A DNA stretch of 64,000 bases from contig CM119372.1 of assembly GCA_051294905.1 (NCBI GenBank), positions 32,614,001 through 32,678,000 on the forward strand. Reading direction: 5' to 3'. The DNA comes from Botryllus schlosseri (lineage: Eukaryota). Shown here piece after piece: positions 1-12,200 of this stretch; within the stretch, counting starts at the first letter, position 1, and the number at the start of each line of letters is the position of its first letter. The notes under the pieces were generated by a model. It made no database searches, had not been told where the DNA came from, and was given only the letters and a program-made list of their open reading frames with translations. The translations under genes and the position numbers were made by a program.

Positions 1-1192
1 AGACGCACACGATTTCAAATTGGTATTTCTGCACTGGCAATTAATTTTTCTCTGCGAGATGGCATTTTTGTGGGGTTCTGATTGCCAGGACAGGAACATT
101 TGGCGCCAGCCATTTAGGCGCCTATGGACAATTAAATATATATGTATATCGTACATATATCAAAGTCGGTCAGCATAAAGGCAGTCCTTTTCCGCCAAGG
201 TGTTTTCGTTCTGGCACACTTCTCGGAGTCGCATGTTACATGGCCTGAAACTTCGTATGCCTTGGTGCGTCATTGTGTGACAATGGCTGACGCCGAGATG
301 CCCATTTCTATAACTCATGCGTATTATTTCTTGGAGGAAGAGTATCCAATAAGCAAGAAATACGTGACCACGAAATGGACCGCAGCGTGAAAATTTTTGG
401 AAAAAGTGGCCTAAATTTCCAAAATAATACTCTATTCACGAAAAAATTGTGGGCCCCCTTCGAGCTCGCCCCCCCCCCTCCCATCGATATCGCCCACGTT
501 GGGAACCACTGGGCTAGGCATTCACAAAGCGAAAACACAGAAGAGAATTTGATTTTCGCAGAGACTCCGCTATATATGGGAATTTACAAGCGAAAGCACG
601 AGAAGAATGCGATTTTCGCTGTGATTTCGGTACAGCCTATATTGATTGCTGTGCGTCTATAAATTGTAAATAATTGGTATTGAAGAGAATTTTAGGTGGG
701 GCAATGCCCCAGTTGCCCTATAGGATGAGCAGCCACTGCTTGATATGATCAAGTGCAGAGCCGGTAATAAAACGTCGCATTAATGTTTTGATGCAGTATG
801 CAGCAATACCGTGGAGTGAGTTCTCATGCGACTATGACGTTTTCGATAGTCGACCCACACAAATAACGGTTCGGCGAGACGACCCCGGCGCAACGGTAGT
901 TATTGACTGCATGACTGAACCATTCGATAGATCACGAAGCTGGAGCCGGAGCCTGAGCAGCGGTATCAATGAACTCCGGTGCTTGGAGCCGGAGCTGGAG
1001 CAGGTTGAAATTTTGCTAGTTCCAAACAGGGCTTTGGAGCAGCCGTAAATTTGCATTGCTCCAGCTCCGGCTCCGGAGCTTTTTTCTATCATACATTAGC
1101 TCCGGCTCCAGCTCCGGAGCCGCATTATTACCACTGCTTCGGCTCCAGCTCCGGCTCCGGCCTTGAAAACTATCGAAGGTGTCTGTCTATAT

Positions 1193-1874
1193 CAGGGGTG
1201 GGTAACCCGCTGCCTGCGGGCCATATGTGACCTACGAGAAGGTTTTTGGTCGCCCGCGAGCCAATTTCCCATTATATTATCGAAATTGAATTGCTCAGAT
1301 TGTGAACTTGCAAGGCCAACCAAAAATATGATTAGTCTGGCCGCGACACTTGGGATGTTGATCACTAAAATATCAGTTCCGACGCATTGGCAGATCCAGG
1401 GTCCAGTCACATTTTAGTAAATCGTCGTACATTTCAATAAACTAAAAAAGTAGTAAAATTTTTCTTCACGCTTCGCGTGTTTAATTGTCCCACGATTTCA
1501 TTCTTTGTAGCCTACCCCCACCTGAAAATGAAAAAACGCCTGATTTAGCCGATTGAGTCTAACTATAGATTATTCGCAATTAGGGGAGAAAGTATTTTCG
1601 CGTTTGCGCTCGCAGAAAGATCGTCGACGATGAAATGTAGGCACAAAATGATTGTCGTATATTAGCGGAAATCTTCGATACCGATATGTCCAGATGCCGA
1701 ATAGCCCTGTCCTTGCAAACTGAGCCCAGCGGGCGGTATACAGTCGACCAGCAATATACCCAAGTAATAATAATGTTAACTTTGAAAATTATACGCGCCT
1801 GGCGCGGCTAGTGGGCAACGCACTCGTTCGTCTACTTCATGCGGCCCTTTAGCCGAAAAGGTTGGCCACCTCTG
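1193..1874. mobile_element. hAT-type MITE nested in the 1027-3191 element
   Basis: Termini CAGGGGTGGGTAACC...GGTTGGCCACCTCTG; TSD GTCTATAT/GTCTACAT; a partial second copy lies at ~28398-29005. Confidence 0.8.
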
Positions 1875-2259
1875 GTCTACATAGATTGCTAATTTACCCG
1901 TAGGATAGTCATCTATAGTAATCTAGAGTCTGTAAGCCGTCAGTAACATCGGATGCAGTAACGAAGACATAGGTGCCGCCGTGCCAGCTTGTGACGACAT
2001 AATGAATACTTGTCAATTGTCGATAACATCAGTTGCACTAGAACGCACTTGGCTCCGTGCCATTGATGTGTACACATTACAATTCTGATGCGGCGTTTTG
2101 ACACTGGCCCTGTACTCGTTAACATTAAGCCATATAGCTCAATTCAATCTTTAAATATGCGATTATTATTCAACTGTAACTGTAGTAAGAGCAATATGGG
2201 CGGATATAACGACGTGATCAATAGAAATTCGATTTGTACCAAATGGCCAATGGTTTGAC

Positions 2260-2630
2260 CATAGTGTCCTATATGGTGTCGACACGAGCAAATCTCACGC
2301 CTCAGTGAAATTGATTCACGTCACAATTTCCATTTGGTTACAGGCAATTTGACGGTCAGTTTTGACCGGCTTGCCGAGCATTAAATTTGGGATTGGCATT
2401 GGGACCCAACAATGCTGTCTGGCGAAACGACAGAATAGCTCAAGAGCAAAAGAGCCAGACAGCATTGTTGCGTCCCAATGCCAATCTCCATAACAATGAA
2501 AAATTCGAGGCTGATTGTGGGGGATCCAGGGCCGCGAGCGGAATAAAATTTATATTTTCGTAATCAGTGCAGAGTCAGCTTTCGATTGATACCCGTTTTA
2601 CCAAATTTAATGCTCGGCAAGCCGGTCACG
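2260..2630. mobile_element. Truncated copy of the palindromic P-type MITE
   Basis: Starts CATAGTGTCCTATATGGTGTCGACAC, identical to the start of the element at 41664; right end not found, so the end coordinate is approximate. Confidence 0.7.
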
Positions 2631-4750
2631 ATAAAACGAGTATTTGCTCATCCGATTCATAGCAACGATGAGATGGAATTTCTCGGCTCGTGCCCGTCAT
2701 ATCGACATGTGCAACGAAAATACATAGTGATCATTATTTTCGAACCGTATACAATTGCCAACAAGGTTGTGCTGATGACGAAATTGCGGGTATGCCGAAT
2801 ACCCAAACTATTCACAGGCATATTTCGCATACCGAGGTTCGGCATTCATGTATGAAAATTGAACATTGTACAATGTACATACGACTGCTCTGCTGTTAAA
2901 TCCACAGGAACATGTTTAGTCGGAAAAGGTAGCGCCAAAGAGGAAAAGATTCTTAATTTCACGAAGGCATGCTGTTGAATTATGTGAACTCAGCAGATAT
3001 GGTTGTTTCATATATAATAGCAACTTATGAAACACGTCGGAGCCGGAGCTACCCCTCATATAACTGGCTCCAGCTCCGGCTCCGGCTCCGGCTGAATTTT
3101 ATGTAGAGCTCCGGCTCCGGCTCCAGCTCCGGTAAAAATGCACGGCTCCGGGGCTCCGGCTCCGGGCTCCGGCTCCGGCTCCAAAGCCCTGGTTCCAAAG
3201 CCCTGCTAGCAAGTCAAAAAGTTGTAAAAAAATCAAAAAAATTGATGGTTGGAAATATTAACAATGTATCTTTGTTGTCACCTCATGGCTTTATTTCGCC
3301 CAAATAATAACTAAAAAGTGCAAATTTTCAATTTTATTATGCACCCTCTTTCCTCTGATATTGGGGGGTCTTTTTTATCCCAATATCCAACAAAAAGATC
3401 ACACGTTTCGTCCGACAACTCTATAAAATATATGGTGTGAATGTTAGAAAATAACTATATTATTTTCGGGTACAAATTGTTAGATTGTTATTTGTTGTCA
3501 TTCAAGCATTCTGGTACCATTCTAATCATTACAACATCGGTAACACTACACATGTTTATTGGCTTTTTACTTTGGAAATCTCAGCTAGTGTTTTTCTCAA
3601 TTATAACATTTTGTTATGTCGCATCACGGTAAACCAAAAATTTGTATGGAATATCTGTCCTAAATGATTCACTCGCGGTTTTTTGGAAAGCTGACATTCA
3701 GACATGTGCTATGATAAAAGTTTTTTTTCATAAGTCTACTATGCCGACAGTTTCCAAACTCCACAGCAAACTTACAGAAAATTTATGACAAATTTGTGTA
3801 TTTTTCATTTTCGAAATGAAATTTCTCCGAGATGGGTAGCACATAATCCTTCAAATTCTAGCATGGCACAGCACTGTCCTAGTAGTACTTCCTAACGAAG
3901 GTGTTCGATAAGAAAAAGAGCGTCAAAATTTTGAGATTTTGCATTCCCGTGTCGGTGCATTTTTTCTCCTTCAAATCCACAATCTGCGGAGTAGCACTAC
4001 CTACAGTCTCTATAGCAGCACCAACCCTATTGATTTTTTTTTTGTATATAGCATAGCGATATCTAGCCACTGTGAAAATTGCATGAGGATGGGGGTAGCC
4101 ATCCGCAATAAGTTAGGTTTTTGACTTGCTAATCCCCTTAAGTGTTGATGTTTATCCGGGCTCCTCCTCGCCATCTCATCCGCGTAATAGGTAGTGGGCC
4201 GTGCTACAAGTCGACAGATACGGAATCAAAAATAAGGAATCCGCGGCCTGGTGTAAATGACCATGATAGTCGACAAACTCCATGAATACCACAAACAGCC
4301 ACAACAAATGGGTCTCGGACTCCCGAGTATACCTTGCGACGCGGCAAATAGTTTACTGATAATAATCGGTCTGGGTCGTATTTTTCAAGCAAAAATTGCG
4401 AAGCCGTTCGGGGAATGAATGACTATGTTTCCAACAGGGATATCTAGAACTTCTAGTTCTGGTTTCCAATAGTAGGGCATAAACAAAATCACAGTAACCA
4501 TTTCCGCGATCCAATCAAAATCACCGACATACATATCTGGCTTATCGTGTGCGCGGGAACGTTGCACAAGGTTATGGGTACAAAAACAATTTAATTTAGA
4601 CGAGAACGGATATTTGCCCGTCTATAATCGTGAGAAAAAAGTAGTTTGGCATATTTGGCAAATTGAATATAAAAACTGCAACATTTAGAAATTGTTCGTG
4701 ATCATCATAAATGAAATAACTTCCCGACGCACTTATAGGTGGGGCGCGAC

Positions 4751-5213
4751 TAGGGTTGCTAATGAAACAAATGGTTGTCTAAAACACTTTGTTTAAAACA
4801 TGTTTTAAACAGTGTTTTGAACAAACGCCTTTTTAAAAAAAACTAAATGGTGTTTTTTTAAGTTGTATAATTATGCCATAATTGTGTAAATACTTTCCAA
4901 AAACATATATGTTGTATGAGCCGACGATTACCACCCGATATAACCGACGTGGGACGGTTGCAACTGTTCCATGAAGCCCGCAAAATAGTCTGTTCAACAG
5001 CTACAGTAGGCTATACGTAGATATCTCGTCAAAAGAGCTATATTTACCCTATTTTCTCACTTGTCAATGCCAATCCACTATGACGTCACAATTGAATATT
5101 CGTGTCGTCATGACTTTAAAAAACAATAAAAAACATGTTTTAAACAAGGGCTTTGTTTTAAACATGTTTTTTTTTTATTGAAAAAATATAATTTTGTTTT
5201 AAATGCAACCCTA
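4751..5213. mobile_element. hAT-type MITE (TAGGGTTGC family)
   Basis: TIRs TAGGGTTGC/GCAACCCTA; TSD GGCGCGAC/GCCGCGAC; homologous along its length to 52267-52694. Confidence 0.8.
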
Positions 5214-5423
5214 GCCGCGACCCACAGGTTGGAAAGCTCATGGCCCAGTGCTACGATCAATTAGTTCTAGTTCTGTAGCTAATTTTAAAAAGTGAGCATA
5301 GGTCTAGTTCTAGTGGAGCAATATGAAAGGTCAGTAGCATGAAAAAGTATGCTTCCAAGAAAACGGAATCATGTTCTAATTTATCACGATACAACAGATT
5401 CTGCCTTATAATATGATTATCAC

Positions 5424-6006
5424 TAGGACAAGTTTTTGCAACTTTTGCAACTTTTTTTACAGCTTCCGAAATATGTAGTAGACTATATGTATTGTTTTAA
5501 GCTGTTTGGAGGAATCTTATATTGCAACTTAATGCAACTTTTCTCAATTTTTTCAAGCCACTTTCTGGGGCTTTTTCGATTTTTCATGCAACCAACTTTT
5601 TACTGGAAATATTTGGTACTATATGTAAAAGATCGCTTGATTATTTCACTATACGTTTAAATTTGAGGACCTTTCTGGTTTGTCGCGTACATTCAGGCCA
5701 TACCGCCGAAAATTATATCTCCACTGGGTCAATTTTTTCATGCTATTGATTTTGTCGAAGTCGCCAACACTGAGTTTTGCTACAGTGCCTTGGATGGGGA
5801 TCGATTCGAGTATCTATCATACCTTAATAATTTCAAGGATCTTCTCCATAAATGTACCTTTTTAGTGCAACTTTTGTGAAAAATAAATGGAACATTTCAC
5901 CAGAGATTTGTAGAACGAAGTTCTAGAAATTCCTGCTTTTTACTGCAACTTTTATTAAAAATAAGTGCAACTTTACACGGATTTGACTGCAACAAAAACT
6001 TGCCTA
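5424..6006. mobile_element. hAT-type MITE with TGCAACTTT repeats
   Basis: Termini TAGGACAAGTTTTTG...CAAAAACTTGCCTA; perfect TSD ATTATCAC; inverted copy at 10850-11445. Confidence 0.85.
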
Positions 6007-6210
6007 ATTATCACTATTCAAAATCAAGCTTCTGAAACGAAATAATAAATCAATCTTGGCGTCACTGATCGCGAATAGATATATAGCCTAACAACTTGAA
6101 ATTTGTAGCTTATTAGCTCAAGTTTAGGAGAATGGCACGCAGATCTCGTTCTCGCGGTAGCCTAATGTCCATTCTCGGCCGTGTCTTTCTCGGTTATGTC
6201 CGTTCTAGGT

Positions 6211-7351
6211 TGGTTGCCATACGTCCGGAATTTCCCGGACATGTCCGGAATTTCACTGTTGAAACTGCGTCCGGGAGGAATTTCTAAAATATGCCTAAAT
6301 GTCCGGAATTTTGAAGGCTTGAAGTAAGCTCATATCTTTTTTTTTCGTAAATCAACCTAAACAAGACTATTTTTTGGCAGATTTTTGCTACATGAAATTT
6401 TTCTTCGCGCTGCGCGCGATTTAGTATTATATATATTGGTTTTAAGATGGAGACTAGCGCCCTCGCAAAGACTGCGATCAAAAAATAAATAAAAAATAAC
6501 ATTCATTTACAAAAAGAAGTCTAATTGTAATCCTAATTACAAGATAGCGGTATTCATAGAGTCGTCGTTTTAGGTCGTTTGGATGCTTTATTCAAAGATG
6601 TTGGTTCTAAACCTGGGGGTAGTTTGCCTTTATTCTGGGGTTCGCGAAGATGTTGAACGTAATTAGCTTCCAAAATTGGCTGTGAGTAGGTCTGGGCAAA
6701 TGTGGCGACCTTTAATTAGTAATTAACTCGTCAAATTTTGAGCTGGGCCACGGCACATTATCAAATTGGAAATGGATTCGCGACCATAAAAGGTTGGAAA
6801 ACACCGGATATGCGGTGTTTATATAGCTCAGTGGTGAAGTGCACACCCGCATTAGGCTGATAAATAATCTTATCGGCGTGACATGAACATGACTTAACGA
6901 TGTACAATTACGCCCCTTGCATTTTCGAAGTCGTCATCCTACATCAGCTCTATTCTACCGTTGACTCTGATTATGTGGACGGAGAGAACATTAAAATTAT
7001 ACAGTAATATATGGAAGAGCCAATATTATTGACACAATTCATTCAAATCATATAACGGACAGATGCATATATTAAACCCCCAGAAGTTGCATCGAATACC
7101 CTACGATGGGCCCAAGACCAGTGTTTATTTGGGTGGGATGGGGCTGCAATATGTGGCTACGGCCCAGGTTACAACATACAATACACAACCACATACTCCT
7201 GAATCGGACCGCGACCACCTCTAGTCGATAGACAAAGCGTTGCTGGTGTGACGTCATATTGATCGACAATGCGCTCACAGCTCATTTTGAAATCCGCTAG
7301 TGGGGGCTGAAGAGCGTCCGGAATTTGTGAAACAAAAATATGGTAACCCTA
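6211..7351. mobile_element. hAT-type element (TAGGGTTACCAT-like ends, GTCCGGAA repeats)
   Basis: Right end ATGGTAACCCTA, degenerate left end TGGTTGCCAT; flanking direct repeat TTCTAGGT (6203-6210, 7352-7359). Confidence 0.6.
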
Positions 7352-7407
7352 TTCTAGGTACTGTCTATTCTTGTTCTTGGTAATAGTATCGGTATTAGTA
7401 CGTGATT

Positions 7408-7515
7408 CATCATCATCAATGGTTTAGCAATTTTTATCAGTTCAATACACCACAAAAATGCGATACAATGAAAAGATAGGAAGATGTCGAAGCGACTTGG
7501 AGTAGTCTATGGAAT
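7408..7515 (-). repeat. Retroposon (SINE/LINE) 3'-tail fragment with (ATG)n end
   Basis: Near-identical to 43728-43835 and, inverted, to ~47695-47770 and ~55755-55825; resembles the 3' tail of the SINE at 46666-47022. Confidence 0.55.
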
Positions 7516-8489
7516 CATACAACCACCTTGGCCTAGGCCAGGAGTGAGCAAACTTTTGAGCTCGCGGGCCGCATTCAACAGCTAAATCCATTCGCGGGTC
7601 GCACTATATAAAATTAGGATTATAAACCAAAACGCAAGTATTTGATTAGGCCTATATAGTGAGGACAAGGAGATAATATAGATGCTTATTTAAAACAATC
7701 CAAACATTGCTTTGATGCGTACACGCGTCAGAAACAGTGGCGAGATTTCATAGGCTCGTCGACCTCAATAACCATGCAATTTGTCAAAAATATAGAGATG
7801 AAAGTCAGTTGTCTCGATTCTTAGAACAGGATTGAAATTTATATCTCTGAGCAACGATCTGTTCATAGATTTACTAATTCCGTTATTGGATCAGTTCCAG
7901 GACACACAATGCTGATAGGATCATAACCATGTTAGCTTTAAACACGTTTCTTGTGCAGATAAAATATAAATACCCTAATTCTTCGCATACAGAAAACGAA
8001 TCTAACTAAGACACGGGCGAATCGTTTTTATAAGCACATCACTGAAATAATCAACACTTAAGTGGCCAATCTTGAAATCATCACACTCATGATCCGAGTC
8101 AATCTCGTTAAGGATTTCAGTGATGTTTAGCAGATAAAACCTTTCAAACTGCGTGGGCCTTGAGATCGGGATGTCGCGCCAGAAATTAAACATAAAAATA
8201 TTATAGAAAGTATTTACCTTAGAACAGTGGTTCTCAAACTTTTTAAGACACTGAATGAAAAGTAAAGAAGATAGTATAGAAAAAAAGCGACAAGAAATGG
8301 GGCGGCATATCATGGAAAGCGAGATCGATGTCAGTCGTGGTCCGGTATGTAACCTCATTTATAGGCCTACTGCCAAGTGTCGCTTGATTGCACTGCCGGA
8401 ATTTAGCGTAGTTTTCACATATGACTTGGCCGAAGCGTACGACTGTTGTCGTTGTTTGTGGATGGTATTCATACATTTTGACTGCTATG

Positions 8490-8811
8490 TAGGGTTACCA
8501 TATTATGGGAATCAGAAAAGCGAACACTTTTTCAAAATTTTCAGACTTACAACACCGGAGTAAAATCCGGAAAAATTGGTAAATTGACTCCGAACTAAAA
8601 AAGGTCGTATTTCTGGCTCAACTCCTGAAAGACCCGCCGGGCCTTTACTTGACTGCTGATTTCCTACATCTCAGTCCTATTTTCACATACATTTAACCTA
8701 ATTTTTGAAAAGGACGACAAATTGTCAAAAAAGAGGACATTTGGGCGTCCTCCGAGGACACTTTCAAAAAAGAGGACGAATCCTCTTAAAATAGGACGTG
8801 TGGTAAACCTA
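8490..8811. mobile_element. hAT-type MITE (TAGGGTTACCAT family)
   Basis: TIRs TAGGGTTACCA/TGGTAAACCTA; TSD CTGCTATG/CTACTATG; AGGAC repeats shared with 39259, 44243, 45187 and 54534. Confidence 0.8.
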
Positions 8812-9216
8812 CTACTATGGTGATTTACACCAGGCCAATTTTCTTCATTTTTATTCCGCAGCTGCCGACTTGTAGCGTCTGGATTCAACACTGAAAAGGT
8901 CTGCATACGGACCGCGGTCCGCCAGTCCGAGTAACTCTGTCATAGTTTGTTACATAATTTTAAAGAACGCCGCCCAACTTACAAATATCCTGTATTTCAG
9001 AAGAATAAAAGTAGTAAATCTCAGTCTGGCAAATACATGTAAACGACGACAGTACGAAACACGATCTGAAAACGAAAACACGCAGGTAACGGTGAACGAC
9101 AACAGAAAGTAATCAGTGCAGCAACCACAATGTGCAATTCCCGAGAAAAATAAAAACCAATGAAAATTGACAGAACTGGTAAAAGCATAATCGGAAATCA
9201 AATTCAGCACCATCCC

Positions 9217-12200
9217 TCAACGGCCGATAGACCAAGTTATCACATCGTAAACGATAGCGGCGCTGAAGTACACGAGGGAAACGTAGTGACTCCATCGTAG
9301 TATACACCCATTCTCCAAACTGATCTTCACGTATTTATACTCGGCGGACCTGATCTGCCGTATCCAAATGAACATAAAAATTCCGTACAGCAAGTTCGTG
9401 GAAATTGAGGTGACGCGCTCCAGAATCACCACGAAACCCTGAAATGAAGAAGTAGAAAGAAATCGGAGGCTTTTAAAACGACGTTGATGAAAATTATGAG
9501 GGTTAGGCCAGGGTTGTAACGACTCGAGTCGTGATTTTCTAATGACTCAACTTGACTCGACTCATTTTCTATAGATACAGAAAAGACTTGATTTGACTCG
9601 AGTCAATCTGTGTATTGACTCGACTTTGACTCGAGTCATTGCGCATGATTCGGACCAAGTCATATGACTCGAGACACAGACGGCCAAGACCGACATTTCA
9701 TTGTAATTTCGAGGGATAGTGAAGTACCCACCCTATCGGAGTTTCATCTATTGGTAATGGTACTTGAAAATGCGACCAGAAACCGCTAAAAGTGAGGAAA
9801 ATTAGTATATTATAAATTCGAACCATTCGATATCACCAATCAGAGCTATAAAAAGCGAGTTTACCAAAATTTAAATGGAAACTGAGCAGTCAACACATTG
9901 ACTTGGACTCGGACTCGAGTCATAATACCATGACTCGGACTCGACCCTCTGCTCGATGACTTGGACTCGGACTTGACTCGGTGGTGAGTTGAAAATGACT
10001 CGACTTGACTCGAGTCAAAACTATAAAAGTGAGATTGACTTGTGACTCGGAGCCTTGTGACTTGGTTACAACCCTGGAATCTACTATATTAATTGAGAGT
10101 GAGTAGAGTAGACGAAATTATACACTTCTTTCTACTAAAAGGTATATTACCAACGAGAATCATAGTTTCGATACTTTCTTCCCATCAAAGGAGCATTGCA
10201 ACCTCAACAGATCGTATTACAGTTAATCTAAAACACAGCACCACTCTACGGCCGTTAGTGCAGATTTGGACAACTGGAAAACATTCCAATTTTCGGAATT
10301 AGATCAATTAGTATTGTAGTCCCACAGTTTTTCCAAATTAGCTCAGAAATAGGAGTACTGAATTCGCAACACCTCGAAAATTGAAGTAAATCCAGTCTAA
10401 AACAGATATACGAAAAAGATCAAGTTCAGATCATATCAAGTTCATTCTTATATGCATGAGAAGGACAAATGCCTTTACACCAGAAATGAGATTTGAATTG
10501 AAATTAGAGCATTTAAACAAAAGGCCACCAACTCGCGGGCCAGTTTTTAGTTGGTGACCCCTGATATAAACACTTCACATATTAGACTAGAATTAGATTA
10601 CCTGCATTTTCTCTACTAATCAATTTAATTAGAAAACTGGAATTATCAAGTTGTCAAAGTCTGCATTAGTGGGAACGACATTTCTGCGAAGTCGTGATCA
10701 GCCGGCGGCATTGTCACAAAGTGCCATGCAGTAGGTGCAGTCGAAAAATGCCAAATTGTCTTTAACCTGATGTAAGATTAGCAGTTTTTCCTTTGTGGGC
10801 CGCATCACAGGAACCTATTTGAACTGAGCATATCATCCATACTGAAAACTAGGGCAAGTTTTTGTTGCGGTCAAATCCGCAGAAACTTGCATTTATTTTT
10901 CGAAAAGTTGCAGTGAAAAGTTACATTTATTTTTCACAAAGTTGCACTAAAAAGTTGCATTTATTGACAAGTTCCTTGAAATTATTAGGGTATGATATAC
11001 TCGAAGCGATCCGTATGCAAAGCAGTGTAGCAAAACTCAGAGCCGGCGACTTCAAACAAATCAATAGCCTGAAAAAATTGACCCAGTGAAGATATACTTT
11101 TCGGAGGCCTAGCCTCGATGTATGTCAAATCAGAAAGGACCTCAAATTTAAACGACAGTGAAATAATCAAGCGATCTATTTACATATGATCCAAAATATT
11201 TCCAGTAAACAGTTAGTTCAGTTGCATGAAAAATCGAAGAAACTTTCAGAAATTTGCAAGAGAAATCGCAAAAAGTTTCATGAAAAACGAAAAAGTAACT
11301 AAAAGTTGCATGAGAAATGTGGAGAACAGTTGCAGAAAGTTACAATATAAGAATCCTTCAACAGCTTAAAACACCATACTACATAACTTCTGAGTATTTA
11401 GGAAGCTCCCGGAAGCTGTAAAAAAAGTTGCAAAAACTCGCCCTACTGATCACATAATCGAGTTACTCTGGTACTAGAGTTTGCCCAGCATTTCTTATTG
11501 AAATAGAACGAGATAGAAACGAATTCCAATCGCCTTCGAATCAGTGATCCGATATCAATACTCTGACATACCTTGGGATCGAGTGCTGCCACTAAAAACA
11601 CGACTGTAAAGCAATTCAGTCCGGCGAAGACATGCCAGAAAAAGTTGGGCTTCGAGCAACATCTGGAATTCACCGTCAGCTTCCATCCCGTGTGACGCGA
11701 CATGAAATCGTCCACCCAACCGCAAACTGAAGGCAAATGTAATCAACGCAACGGAGATAAACACACATTCGGATTTGAACCGCAAAGGAAGTCAAATTTT
11801 GGCAGGATTTGCATTTGTGCCAAAGCTAGAGGTGGTCACTTGGTCTGTAACAAAGTACTTTTCGGAGCAGTCAAGTAGTTTTACCTAGTTGCACTAAATA
11901 CTCGAGTGATTATGTTGTTGTCTGTATCCACTTTTACTTAACAGCTTTTTTATTTACTTCTCAGTTTTGGCATTTTGTAAATTAGAAGTAGTTCCGGGAT
12001 AGGTTTTCTATCAAGTTGTTTATGAGTAAAATTGTCATAACGACTGGCTGAAATAGCCCCTATATGACTGTAACTGAGTATATTATAGAAAATTGCACAT
12101 ACTCAGAGTGTTATTAATCATTTTGCGTTAGTCACAAAGATGAAATTCCAACGTGGCCACCTTCAATCAACTGCTAAAAGTATGCGACAAATCGACCGAA

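Larger units (their letters stand above)
1027..3191. mobile_element. hAT-type non-autonomous element with GGCTCC/GGAGCC subterminal repeats
   Basis: TIRs CAGGGCTTTGGAGC...GCTCCAAAGCCCTG; perfect 8-bp TSD GTTCCAAA (1019-1026, 3192-3199); GGCTCC-type arrays near both ends; contains nested elements. Confidence 0.85.

Noticed and set aside
4140..4567. Possible frameshifted coding remnant (ORFs 4385-4567 and 4204-4392)
   Set aside because: No motif I can confidently assign, and the downstream part resembles the SINE body. A BLASTx search would be needed.
6822..6880. tRNA gene (TAGCTCAGTGG A-box)
   Set aside because: No B box or cloverleaf follows.
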